This document shows, one piece after another, positions 1 to 11,084 of a DNA stretch of 20,000 nt (its first letter is position 1; each line of letters begins with the position of its first letter). Under the pieces are notes generated by a model. That model was not told where the DNA came from and did no database searches. It saw only the letters and a program-made list of their open reading frames with translations. Origin of the DNA: Mesotaenium endlicherianum. Its lineage: Eukaryota. Made by a program: the position numbers and the translations under genes. The stretch spans positions 387,471 to 407,470 of the forward strand of contig WELA01002297.1 of the NCBI GenBank assembly GCA_009602735.1. The letters are read 5' to 3'.

Positions 1-327
1 AAGAAAAAGGGCGTCAAGAAACCGACGCAAAGCTGACCAATGAAGAACGCCAGATGGCGACAGTCTGCTTAATTGCTGGAAAAACTACCGTGCAAATTAT
101 GGATCAGCTGCTAGAGGCAGATGCTGATGGACGCAAAGAAGGGAAGGTGATGCAAAAGGTGCACTTCCTACAGTATGCAATTATCAACATGGCTAACCTT
201 AACACAGAAGATGACGAGGAACCGTCACCATCGGGAGTAGAGGAGCCAGTTGGAGCTGAGGCAGAAACGCCTGCGGCGCCAAAATTCAACTTGCTTGAGC
301 TCGCACATGGAGGGGACTTGGGGAGTT

Positions 328-936
328 TTTCAAATGACTATGGATAAAGTGCTACAGGGGCTAGACTTTGCAAAACCATACAATGATGATGGGAGTGATG
401 TTGAGTGAGTCAATTGAGCTCCACCTCAAGCACTTGAAAGAAGTGTTTCAACGCCTGGAGAAATATCAGATGACGCTGCACCCAGGAAAGTGCAGGTTCT
501 TTGAAGCACACGTGCCTCACTTAGGACACTAGATTGGGAACAATGTTATGTCTCCTCAGGCTGTAAAGATTGAGGTCATCTACAAGATACCTGCACCTGC
601 AAATGTGTCTAAGCTAGGAGCTCTTCTAGGGCTAAGCAGATGTTATCGCAAAGTTGTGAAGAATTATAGTAGAACTACTAAACCCTTGACAAATTTTGTA
701 AAAAAGGATATACTATTTGTGTGGATAGAAGCCCAAGAGAAGGCCATTAAAGAGCTCAACGAGAGGCTGATGACAACCCCAGTCTTGCGCACGCAAGAGG
801 ACTGTAAGCCGTTCAACCTGTACACAGTTTGGAATCGTTTGAGAATTGGCCCAGTACTCACTCAGGCCAAAAGCCCTGGAGAGGGTACGTAATTGCCTAC
901 GCTTCCCCCTCAAACAACAGGGTTGAGAGCAACTAC
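328..936 (+). pseudogene. Ty3/Gypsy reverse transcriptase C-terminal half plus start of RNase H (copy 1)
   Basis: Manual translation across frameshifts and a stop gives FQMTMDKVLQGLDFAKPYNDD / HLKHLKEVFQRLEKYQMTLHPGKCRFF..HLGH* / ..LLGLSRCYRKVVKNYS..KPLT / PFNLYT..IGPVLTQ / VIAYASPSNNRVESNY. The YxDD motif reads YNDD. Confidence 0.9.
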
Positions 937-1067
937 TGATATGAATTGACTTACTAATAAGTGATTAACAATTAAAAAAAAAAATTTACATCAACAAGTA
1001 ATCTTTATGGTATATTCTGATTAACTTCTTAATCATCAAAAGACCACACGACTAGCGTGAGCAATAT

Positions 1068-2403
1068 TTATAAGTCACATGCAAGTAGACGAGCATCGAT
1101 AATGTAATCACTAAACTCATGCATAAGCAAGGTTAGAAAATAATGTGTATCGATGGCTTCTCGCCTTGGATTCAGATATCTCTTAGTAAGCTGTACAAGA
1201 GAGTTAGCCTCGTTTCCGAATGCCGAACTCGAGAGCAAAACCTCGCCTATGTACATGGAATGAGAATACTGTTCAACGGCAAGTGCAATGGCACCGCCTA
1301 CTTGGGAGTTAACCACGTCGGTAGAACCTCGACTAACCAAATCATCCCGAATTACCATCCACCCAAGGGTGTCGTCTGGCCCTTCATCTATTATATCACA
1401 CTTAGATGCATTTCTAGACAATTCACTGACACCAAGTACGGCAGTCAGCTGACTGTTAAAGAATGTGTCAGCAAGTTGACCTATGTTGACTTCAACTTGC
1501 TGCTCCTGGCTGGGTCACTAGAGCAAATATTATTACAAGTCCAGCAGACTTAGTATTAACTAAAGTACATGGTGCAATGTGAGGTGGCAACACTATTTCG
1601 CCATTCATGTAAAGGAAAAAATCCTCCTTCGGAGTCCTTTTTGGCCTTGTCATTCTGTTGGTCCCAAATGTTGATGGTCATCCAGCGCCAGTCAGTAGGT
1701 TGTAGGAAGAATGTACGGTCCGTCCTCTTCAGCGTGCAGGGGTACCAGTGTCCTACAAACTCCTGCTGGCTAGTCTCCTTTGCTAAAAACTCCCAACTCC
1801 TTATCTCCGTATCATTATACAAGGCGTGAAACTTGCTATAAGACGTAGCATCCTTGAAGCTGTCAGTCTCCATCCGGATCAAGTTGATGGCTTTTTCTGC
1901 TCCCTAGATTCCTCTGATGGGTACAGCCTCATCTTCATTGGCTTGAGCTAGTGCTCTGGCCTCCCTGACAGTGTATTCCACCATCTTGGCATAGTTCTCA
2001 TACAAGACGAGCCTTGTACCGGCTTTTGTGTGCTTATCATAATTTTTCAACGTCTCTCTCTCTTGCTGTTGGATTTCCCTCTGAGTTGAACCTTCTGGGC
2101 ATACTTGAATGCTTCTTCCAAAAGATCAAATCCTTTACCAACCACCATACAGCGGTAGCTCTTGAGTCTTCTCCGCTCCTCCTTAGCTTGCTGCCGTCAT
2201 GTCTCTTCAGCTAGCCTATCTTCTTCTGCCTTCTTGGTTGCCTCTGCAGCTTGACTATCAAGTTCCTCACGCATGAGCTTGGCCTGCTCATCTTCCTCCT
2301 GCTTCTTATTCTGAGCTTCTTGCCGTTGCCATAGACGTTGTTGTTGTAATTATGGCTCATAACATGATTCTCCTCTCTTCTTCTCTTCTCTTCTCCTCTC
2401 CAT
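1068..2403 (-). pseudogene. Decayed ORF of unknown function (~440 codons) with a charged, coiled-coil-like N-terminus (copy 1)
   Basis: ATG at 2403 (MERRREEKKRGESCYEP*LQQQRLWQRQEAQNKKQEEDEQAKLMREELD..). It joins the 1556-1882 and 1068-1421 ORFs via about 2 frameshifts. Internal stops are compatible with C>T changes from CAA, CGA or CAG. Confidence 0.6.
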
Positions 2404-2561
2404 TAACTCACTTAAAGCTTATCTTGCCATAAAGGCCGTTGTAGTCACAAAGACTACACGACAGAGTCACATAAACTCACTTCGTAGTCACGAAGACTAC
2501 CCACTGCGTCACACAGACGCTGCCACACAGGCGTGCCACACAAGCCCTCACTAGTCACAAT

Positions 2562-2945
2562 CAGGGTTACGCCGTACGCTTGTACGCTTAGTTCGACTAA
2601 TATGCTAGTTCACTTAGATCGGTGTTCAGAACAATGGACTAGTTCGCTTAATACGCTTAGTACGCTAACATCACGACGGTGTCGATGTCCAGTAGCTACG
2701 GCGTCGACGCTTCATGTCGGTCGCACGTGTAAAATAACCACGGCGTGTCAGACTGTTTATTTCGTTCAAAATGGCAGGGTATTCTTTTCAGGCGATTTTG
2801 GACTTTTCTCTGCCCGCTTTGCAGCTACAAGTCGCGAAAAGTATTTGTACCTTCGTCTAGTACAGACGTCGGCAAGCGGGTTTGAACACCCGCCACCGGG
2901 TGCAGGGATGGGACAATACCCAACGTGCCATGCATGTTTCTCTGA
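2562..2945. mobile_element. hAT terminal fragment (TIR plus subterminal region), truncated by the N
   Basis: Starts CAGGGTTACGCCGTACG and is identical to 12579-12962. Confidence 0.7.
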
Positions 2946-2946
2946 N

Positions 2947-3728
2947 GGTTTAAGCTGTGACTTTGCTCACCATTTGTGAAGTTCTTCAAGTGATTGGAAG
3001 CCAGGAGGGCTTGCTCTTCACAAGAGAGAGACTAAGTGGTCCCGAAAACACAAGAGATAAAAGTGTAAGCTTTACTGATAATCTCTGTGACTTACAACTG
3101 GCATAATGGGACTTCTAAAACGATCTTCCTCTAGGGACATCTCTAGTACTTAATACTCCTGGAAACCCGGCGTTGTATGCGGCGAATCCGATGTATGCAG
3201 TTACTCTAGGAGGCTCTCCTATGTCCACTAATGTGTACGAAGCATGTACTAGCACTCCTGTACGCTAAGCATAACTCAAACCAATAAAAGCAAAGCACGT
3301 AGAATATGCTATGTGTCTCTCATTGGTGGAGCTTACCTTGGGTGATTCTACCTAGATAGCGCCTCAAAAATGAATCTGGAACTTGAGGAAGCTTCCTGTA
3401 GGAGTAGGTGATGCAGTCACCAAGTTATAGCCTCAATGATGCACTTAAACTATGGAAATGCAAGACTTATGTAGTCTAAGGGGTTTGCAGATCTGTGCGT
3501 ACAGAGCTAGGGGTCCTTGGGGTCTCGAATAGCCCACAATGTCACCTTTGGGTACATTGAGTCACAAGTTGGCCATTTGGTGTGACACCGCTAGGGGCCA
3601 AAAGGGGTGCGGACTAGATCGCGCCTATCTCGCTCGATACTCAACCAAATGACGCAAAACCGGTGCCATTTGGAAGATGCTTTGACGCGCTACACTTTGG
3701 GTACTTGGAAATCTAGAAAGCGTCAACA
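2947..3728 (-). repeat. 3' LTR (bounded by N on both sides)
   Basis: Matches 8050-8831 at offset 5103. The minus strand starts with TG. Confidence 0.85.
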
Positions 3729-3730
3729 NC

Positions 3731-4262
3731 TCCATGAAGCCGTAGAGGGCGAACTCAGCTGAGCGATAATCCACGATGTCTAGCGGCACGGATGCAATGC
3801 GGGTCCCCCTGATTGCTAGTCAGGTCTGTAGAAGACCTGCTCCACCCAGTTATCTACTGCGCCGAAAGGAAAGAGAACGTCTTGGCCAAGGAGCACGTCG
3901 AAGGTCTCAGAGCGGGTGACCAACGCGTGCCGGTGGATGGTAGTCTCATCCGAAGTGCCGGGCCGAAAGGTGAAGCGAAGGGCCAGCCGCGTGCGCTCGG
4001 TGACGATCTCAGACGTGCCAGCCGCAGTGTTGATCCGCGTCGACGAATCCTCTAGGTCCGCTGACGAGAGGCCCAACTGGCGGAAGTAGCGCAGGCTGAT
4101 GAGGACTGGTTGGGCGTCAGTGTCAAACATGAAGCGTTGCGAGGCCTGCGTGTTGACTAGCACGATCCCCTGCGAATTATCCAAAAACGCAGCGTTAGGC
4201 GTGCTGATCGTCCTGCGCTCATGCGCAGGTCGTGCGAGTGCGCAGAGCACCGCGGCTGCCAC
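3731..4262 (-). pseudogene. Retrotransposon aspartic protease, degenerate
   Basis: FMFDTDAQPVLI (DTGA motif altered to DTDA), INTAAG flap, and FDVLLGQDVL. After YRPD there is a TAG (probably W to stop) and a frameshift into TRIASVPLDIV. Confidence 0.8.
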
Positions 4263-6638
4263 ATCGGGCGTTGGCCTGCCGTCAAAGGCGCGCTAGCTAG
4301 CCTTGCGCAACTAAAGCAGTAGCTGGGTTGCCTGTCGCGTGGCCTCTTTTGACAGGCCGAGCTCCGCAAAGGAGACGGCTGGCATCCGGTGTAGCGCCAG
4401 CGAGATGACCTCGGCGTTGAGATGCACTGTAGTCATCGGCGAGGCAAGTGCGCGAGGTGCGAGCGCAGCTGGCTCTGTTGGCATCTCTAGCACGCAAAAG
4501 GAGCGGGGCAGAGGCGGCGCCTCCTCTGTGCGGCGGCCTTGGTCTGGTCCGCTGTGCTTCTGCGCCATTGCCGGTCGCCCGACTGTCGCCACGAGTGTGC
4601 ACTTGCGTCTTGCGATGCCCGCTGCTGTGCGGCTGCCCAATGGCCGTGTGCGTGTGCAGCACGCCGAAACGGAGCCCGGCGCTGCTGCGAGAGCGGGAGT
4701 GGCAGCTGCTGGCGCAGCTGCAGGTGCTAGCGCAGCAGCCGAAGCTGGCGTAGCTGGCACTCGCGCAGCTGCGTGCGCAGGCGAGACGGCGAACGCCTTG
4801 GCTGGCGCAACTGCTGGCGCGAGCGCAATTGTTGCTGGCGCAGCCGTGTGCGCTGGTGCAGCCGCCAGTGATGGAGCTGCTGCAAGCGCGTACGTAACAA
4901 CTGCTGGCGTGGCTGCCGACGCTGGCGCGTGGGCGGACGCGGGCGCTTCCTCAAACGCGGGCGTAGGCGCTGCTGGCGCAGGCGCGTGCGCAGCAGCTAA
5001 AAACGCGGCCGTCACTGGCGCAGCTGCGTGAACAGTTGCAGCTGCTGGCGCGGGTGCTGGCACGCTTGACGCTAGCATGTTTGGCGCTGGCAAGCCCACC
5101 GCTTGTGCGGCAGGTGTCTAGTGGGCTGGCGCTCCTGTCGTTGGCGCAGCGAAGGTGGCGAGAGCTAGTGCGGCTGCTCCTGAGCATGCCTGCGCAGCTG
5201 CCGGCGCAGGTGCCAGGCCTGCTGGCACAGCTGTCAGAGCTGGCGCCGCAGTGACCCACCTGGCGCTGGCGCTGTTAGTAGCGCTGGCTTTGGTCCTCCT
5301 GCAGCTGGCGCCTCTGCGGACGCTGACGCCTCTGCAGGAGCGGCTGCGGATGTTAGCGCAGCTTCGAGCGTAGGCTCTTTGGCTGCTGGCGCGAACGCTG
5401 GAGCTTGCGCAGGCTTGGCTGCTGGCCGGCTGACAAGTTGCGCCTTGAGGTTGCTCCTGAGCCTGCTTGGTCGCGTCGCCCGGACGGTGTCGGTGTCTGC
5501 CTTGACTGCATGCTGTCCGTGGCGCCCTTCAGATGGCGCGTGCGCTTGCCAAGACCCTCACCACGCTTATTGTGCAGGCCTGAGGGTTTTGTGCGCAGCC
5601 AGGCTTTAAGCCCTGGCTGTGCTTAGCTGTGTACGTGCCGTCAATGCTCCGAATGGCGGTCCGGCCACATAGCGCAGTTGGGGATGCCCCCCCCTGATTG
5701 AGGATGGCGTTCACGGCCGTTAGATCCGCGCTGGCTAGGCTGGGCTGCGTGCGCGTGCCAAGTGGCAGCACGTGTGCGCAATTGCTATACGCAGCTGCTG
5801 ACGTGGCTGCCGTGAGGTGGTTGCGTGGCTGGCGGCTGAACAAGCCTCGCAGTGCTGTGCGCGGCGTGAGCGGGCGCGTGCGGGCATGTGCAGGTGTGTA
5901 GCTACCGTTAGGCAGAGGTTCGCCAGTCGCGCACGCGACAAGTGGCGACACCTGCTGGAACCTGTTGCTTGCGGCAGCCAGCAGGGGGCGGACATCGGGA
6001 GGTTGCCGGTCGGTGCGCAGGTCTATGCATGGGCGGGCGACATGTAAGACGTGGGACGCTGCACCCGTAATAGCCGGCTGGCAGGCCCGCCCTATCGCGC
6101 CACTTGTTGCTCCGCAAGCTGCAGACAACTCTGCTGGCATCAGCAGGACAACGGAGGCCAGAGGAGCTGCGAGAGCTTGCGCTGGCTGCCCTGGCGGGAG
6201 TGGCTGCCTGTCGGGAGGCGTGTTTGCGGCGAGGGATGGCGAGACCGTGCGGGCTTGCGGCCTCCCATCTGGCAGCCTGTCCAGAAGGAAGCCGTTGCTA
6301 CTGGCAACTGTCAGTGCGACGTGCGCAGAGCTGGCAGGAGCATCTGCGCAGACGTCTGCCGCGCTGGCCGCAAGAGCTTCGTCGAAGGGCGGGCGTGTGC
6401 GGGGCTGCAACGTTGCTGTGGTGCCAAGTGACAGCCTCTAAGGCTGCCCCGTGTTGGTGCTGCAAATGTGCGCAGAGGCTGCGCGGACGCCGGCTGTCAA
6501 AGCTGGAGCGTCGGTCGGCGGGACGCGTGCAAAGAGGGCTTTGCACGCGTCGTAACTGTCGGCGGCAACTACGCCACGGAGTCTGGCGATCTCCGCGTTG
6601 GCCTCCACGAGGGCGTCGCTGACATCATCGAAGCTGCA
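4263..6638 (-). other. GC-rich Ala/Pro low-complexity gag-protease spacer, probably frameshifted coding sequence
   Basis: Minus-strand ORFs 5529-6410 and 4311-5099 (APAAA-rich) lie between gag and protease on the same strand. No recognisable domain. Confidence 0.5.
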
Positions 6639-7874
6639 TTAGTCGGCTCCGAGGGTTAGCGCGTCGTCCATGGTGGCCGTGGCTGCCGTCATTGAGGGGC
6701 ATCCACCCGTGCGAGGGTTACGCATGCCTCGCTGTCCTATTGCTGGCGCGGGGCCGTCGCGAGCGCGTCCGTTCTCAACGTCGCGCTTCTTTTGCAGACA
6801 TACGATCTGCAAGTGACCGGCCTTGCCACAGTAGGTACAATTGCCGGGCTTGCCATTCTGCGCAACTGTGCAGGCCTGGCGGGAGTGGCCTGTCTTCCCG
6901 CAAGACCAACAGGGGTCACTCGTCGTGGCGGCCATGGAAATGCGGCCATGCGTAGCTCCGCGCTGCTGAGTCGGCTGGGGCAGCTGAGAGCGCTGAGTCT
7001 GCTGCTGCTGCTGGGGCTGGCGAGCCAGAGCTGGGCCCATTGTAGAAGATGGCAGCATCGAGGACTCCTGGCGTACGCCTGTTGATGCGAGGTCCACACG
7101 GTCGCTAATGTTGCTTCGTGCGGCAGCCAAGCTCTGCTTCTCAACTGAGAGGTAAGCGTCCTCCAGTGAGTACTCGGAGCCAATGTGATAGATGAGGGGG
7201 GCCATGGCCCTCTCCCTCACTTGTGGCTCCACGGCACGCAAGAAGATCTCTGCTGCCTCACGGTCGGTGACGGTGCCAACGTCTCGGTGAAGGTGCGTCA
7301 ATCGGCGGTACATCATGCGAATAGTCTCGTTCTTGCGGCGGTAGAAGTGGTGCAGCTCGTACACCTTCTCTTTGGTCGCGGCTTGAAACTCCTTTCGGAG
7401 AACGTCCCAGAAGGCCTTGATCGGATCTGCGAGAAGGGTCTCCACTGGGGGTTCCCCCACAAGCTCTGTGCGTGCGTATATCTTGTCACCCTTCTCGCGG
7501 AAGGTGTCACGGGCCTCGTAGAGGAGATAGCGCATGAGCGTATAGAACACGTCACGCTTAGTGAGCGCGGGCGTCTTAAGCCTTGCGGTCACAAACTTAG
7601 CATCGAACTCTGAGATTGTGTCGTCCAGATCACAGGTTCCTGGTCTGCCGCTGAAGCGGAAGAGGGAGGAACTGTCAGCCTTGACCTCTTGGTCACCTGC
7701 CATGGGATACCAGGAATTGTGGTGAGCCCACTGGGAAGTTGGCTGAGGAACAATCACAAGAGGTACGAGAGCTGGCTCAGGGGGTTCAGTGACAGTACTG
7801 AGATCGGAGTTTGAGTCTTCTCCACTAACCCCTTTGTAGTAAGGCTGGTAAGAAAGCCCACTACGAGTAGGCAT
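6639..7874 (-). CDS. gag: Retrotransposon Gag with two CCHC zinc knuckles
   Basis: 411-aa ORF starting MPTRSG, with an FRFSG capsid-like region and knuckles CWSCGKTGHSRQAC and CTYCGKAGHLQIVC. It starts ~175 bp downstream of the 5' LTR. Confidence 0.9.
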   Translation of the reverse strand: MPTRSGLSYQPYYKGVSGEDSNSDLSTVTEPPEPALVPLVIVPQPTSQWAHHNSWYPMAGDQEVKADSSSLFRFSGRPGTCDLDDTISEFDAKFVTARLKTPALTKRDVFYTLMRYLLYEARDTFREKGDKIYARTELVGEPPVETLLADPIKAFWDVLRKEFQAATKEKVYELHHFYRRKNETIRMMYRRLTHLHRDVGTVTDREAAEIFLRAVEPQVRERAMAPLIYHIGSEYSLEDAYLSVEKQSLAAARSNISDRVDLASTGVRQESSMLPSSTMGPALARQPQQQQQTQRSQLPQPTQQRGATHGRISMAATTSDPCWSCGKTGHSRQACTVAQNGKPGNCTYCGKAGHLQIVCLQKKRDVENGRARDGPAPAIGQRGMRNPRTGGCPSMTAATATMDDALTLGAD

Positions 7875-8049
7875 ACGCTGAAGATTCTAATTGCTTGCAG
7901 GCAAAGAGAGATCTTTTTAGAAGTAAGGAGTGTGTACTCTCCAGAGTGAGCACCTCAAGACTCTAATTTGGTAGGAAAACAACTAATGAAGTCTGGCCCA
8001 AAAGATCACTGGAAGCACATCATGATCTTCAAGGGTAGTCCTATGGCAG

Positions 8050-8831
8050 GGTTTAAGCTGTGACTTTGCTCACCATTTGTGAAGTTCTTCAAGTGATTGG
8101 AAGCCAGGAGGGCTTGCTCTTCACAAGAGAGAGACTAAGTGGTCCCGAAAACACAAGAGATAAAAGTGTAAGCTTTACTGATAATCTCTGTGACTTACAA
8201 CTGGCATAATGGGACTTCTAAAACGATCTTCCTCTAGGGACATCTCTAGTACTTAATACTCCTGGAAACCCGGCGTTGTATGCGGCGAATCCGATGTATG
8301 CAGTTACTCTAGGAGGCTCTCCTATGTCCACTAATGTGTACGAAGCATGTACTAGCACTCCTGTACGCTAAGCATAACTCAAACCAATAAAAGCAAAGCA
8401 CGTAGAATATGCTATGTGTCTCTCATTGGTGGAGCTTACCTTGGGTGATTCTACCTAGATAGCGCCTCAAAAATGAATCTGGAACTTGAGGAAGCTTCCT
8501 GTAGGAGTAGGTGATGCAGTCACCAAGTTATAGCCTCAATGATGCACTTAAACTATGGAAATGCAAGACTTATGTAGTCTAAGGGGTTTGCAGATCTGTG
8601 CGTACAGAGCTAGGGGTCCTTGGGGTCTCGAATAGCCCACAATGTCACCTTTGGGTACATTGAGTCACAAGTTGGCCATTTGGTGTGACACCGCTAGGGG
8701 CCAAAAGGGGTGCGGACTAGATCGCGCCTATCTCGCTCGATACTCAACCAAATGACGCAAAACCGGTGCCATTTGGAAGATGCTTTGACGCGCTACACTT
8801 TGGGTACTTGGAAATCTAGAAAGCGTCAACA
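8050..8831 (-). repeat. 5' LTR (may extend to the CA at 8044-8045)
   Basis: Direct repeat of 2947-3728. The minus strand reads TGTTGACG...AAACC(CTGCCA). No canonical TGG-starting PBS was seen. Confidence 0.85.
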
Positions 8832-8900
8832 AATAGATGCATAAGGTGAATGCAAAGTCGGTCTTCCTAGGTTGATGGTTCACACAAGTGAAGCTCGGTT

Positions 8901-9243
8901 TTGTACGTCAACCTCGACTCAATAACTCATGACAGAGATACATACCCGCAGTTTAGTATCAATGAGCCGAGACAACCAAGAGTGGTTCTGCCTACTTTCA
9001 CAGCTTACCCAGAGTCACGTGCTTTCACGAGGAGGAGCTGGAATGGTAAGAGCTCTCGTTGCAGACTCTCTTTGGCGAGAACCATGGGCTATGGAGAAGG
9101 GGAGTTGTTTGGGACTCCCAGAGACGATCGTGGTGAACATCATCCGAAGACTGGGAAGAACTGGTGCAGCCAAGGTGTTTGGAACAAAATTGGACAACAC
9201 ACTATGACCTGGTTGCTGGAGACCGTTATGACTTGGCAACAGA
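8901..9243 (+). pseudogene. C-terminal part of a retrotransposon-borne C5 cytosine DNA methyltransferase (putative)
   Basis: Joining frames at ~9028 and ~9192 gives DTYPQFSINEPRQPRVVLPTFTAYPESRAF-RGGAGMVRALVADSLWREPWAMEKGSCLGLP..KVFGTK-xQHTMTWLL. From memory this resembles the LPT..P.S.AF..GG.GMV..EP.A.ERE..MG..GQAMD..T..W pattern (TRD, motifs IX-X) of algal/bryophyte retrotransposon DNMTs. Not confirmed by a search. Confidence 0.6.
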
Positions 9244-10344
9244 TTACTTTTGCCAACAAGCCCATGCCCAAGCCCCCGACGGTGATGTGCGAAAGGTGGG
9301 TGGTGCCTACTTATGACCAGAGGGTGGGTCGAAATGTTCGGCAATGCCGTAACATTACTCTTATGTGCAAAGATGCAGCTGGAGAACCTAGAGGTACCCA
9401 CACACCACTCAAAGGAGCCGGAATGGCTGAATTAATACGCTGCCGTGAATTGATTGAACACATAGACAGGCGAATGGCTGTGGCTTCGGGAAGATGCAAT
9501 ACGCCCATGGCAGAAGGACTCCCTAGCACTTCCGCTCAACCATCAGGCAAGGGAGCAGCTGTTCAAGCTCCTCCGCCTGCGCCATCAGTCTCAAAACCTG
9601 ACGACAAGTCAGTCTCGCCACCTTGGCTAACAGAGGCACCAGCTGGAATGCTGAGAGGGCCAAAACCCAAAAAAAATGAAACGCCCATGCGTTTGTTAGC
9701 ACCAAGACAGGAGGGAACACTAGGAGGGGGTGGAAATTCTGATACAAACACCAGTCCGCGAGCAACCGATATTGGACATCATTGGGAGGCAAGCTTGAGT
9801 AGCTGGAAAGCTAACCAATGCTGCCTATCATCTTCACCATAACAAGAATGGTCAAATAAAACTCCATATTGGGGTCCTTCAAATGACAAGAATCATCGTG
9901 GGCGTCAGTGCAACCTTGGCGAATGGGCCGAGGCAAGCAGTCAGAAGTCTGCAAACTTTGGAGGGTCTGGGAAGACTATATGCTTAAAACTAACTATCAA
10001 AAGGCACAACGAGGTGGAAGAAAAAGGGCGTCAAGAAACCGACGCAAAGCTGACCAATGAAGAACGCCAGATGGCGACAGTCTGCTTAATTGCTGGAAAA
10101 ACTACCGTGCAAATTATGGATCAGCTGCTAGAGGCAGATGCTGATGGACGCAAAGAAGGGAAGGTGATGCAAAAGGTGCACTTCCTACAGTATGCAATTA
10201 TCAACATGGCTAACCTTAACACAGAAGATGACGAGGAACCGTCACCATCGGGAGTAGAGGAGCCAGTTGGAGCTGAGGCAGAAACGCCTGCGGCGCCAAA
10301 ATTCAACTTGCTTGAGCTCGCACATGGAGGGGACTTGGGGAGTT

Positions 10345-10953
10345 TTTCAAATGACTATGGATAAAGTGCTACAGGGGCTAGACTTTGCAAAACCATACAA
10401 TGATGATGGGAGTGATGTTGAGTGAGTCAATTGAGCTCCACCTCAAGCACTTGAAAGAAGTGTTTCAACGCCTGGAGAAATATCAGATGACGCTGCACCC
10501 AGGAAAGTGCAGGTTCTTTGAAGCACACGTGCCTCACTTAGGACACTAGATTGGGAACAATGTTATGTCTCCTCAGGCTGTAAAGATTGAGGTCATCTAC
10601 AAGATACCTGCACCTGCAAATGTGTCTAAGCTAGGAGCTCTTCTAGGGCTAAGCAGATGTTATCGCAAAGTTGTGAAGAATTATAGTAGAACTACTAAAC
10701 CCTTGACAAATTTTGTAAAAAAGGATATACTATTTGTGTGGATAGAAGCCCAAGAGAAGGCCATTAAAGAGCTCAACGAGAGGCTGATGACAACCCCAGT
10801 CTTGCGCACGCAAGAGGACTGTAAGCCGTTCAACCTGTACACAGTTTGGAATCGTTTGAGAATTGGCCCAGTACTCACTCAGGCCAAAAGCCCTGGAGAG
10901 GGTACGTAATTGCCTACGCTTCCCCCTCAAACAACAGGGTTGAGAGCAACTAC
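10345..10953 (+). pseudogene. Ty3/Gypsy RT C-terminal half plus start of RNase H (copy 2)
   Basis: Same motifs as 328-936: YNDD, LHPGKC, HLGH, AYAS..NN..ESNY. Confidence 0.9.
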
Positions 10954-11084
10954 TGATATGAATTGACTTACTAATAAGTGATTAACAATTAAAAAAAAAA
11001 ATTTACATCAACAAGTAATCTTTATGGTATATTCTGATTAACTTCTTAATCATCAAAAGACCACACGACTAGCGTGAGCAATAT

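Larger units (their letters stand above)
1..2945. repeat. Direct duplicate of 10018-12962 (offset 10017), ending at the N at 2946
   Basis: Identical at every position I compared, and the ORF translations are identical up to the N. This copy stops at an N, while the second copy continues into the hAT element. Confidence 0.95.
2947..8831 (-). mobile_element. Ty3/Gypsy-type LTR retrotransposon (LTR-gag-low-complexity region-protease-[N gap]-LTR)
   Basis: Direct terminal repeats of 782 bp begin TGTTGACG on the minus strand and enclose gag and a retropepsin. RT, RNase H and integrase are not seen, but an N at 3729 sits where they would lie. Confidence 0.85.
8832..10953 (+). mobile_element. Old, decayed Gypsy pol remnant (methyltransferase-like segment, linker, RT/RNase H)
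   Basis: Fragments are collinear on the plus strand. The N-terminal half of RT is missing at about 10340. Confidence 0.7.

Noticed and set aside
2353..2364. TGTTATGAGCC (minus strand) as a half-tRNA-Met PBS
   Set aside because: It lies inside the reconstructed ORF with no adjacent LTR, so it is likely chance.
1046..2560. 5'-3' panhandle between UGUGACUAG-UGAG and CUCA(CG)CUAGUCGUG on the minus strand
   Set aside because: The pairing is short, needs a bulge and several G-U pairs, and the true 5' end is obscured by the hAT insertion.
4099..7613. Plus-strand ORFs overlapping gag and the spacer
   Set aside because: These are antisense shadows of GC-rich, stop-poor sequence.
2947..8831. DIRS/Ngaro split-direct-repeat element
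   Set aside because: No tyrosine recombinase is seen. The aspartic protease and TG-starting direct repeats fit an LTR element.
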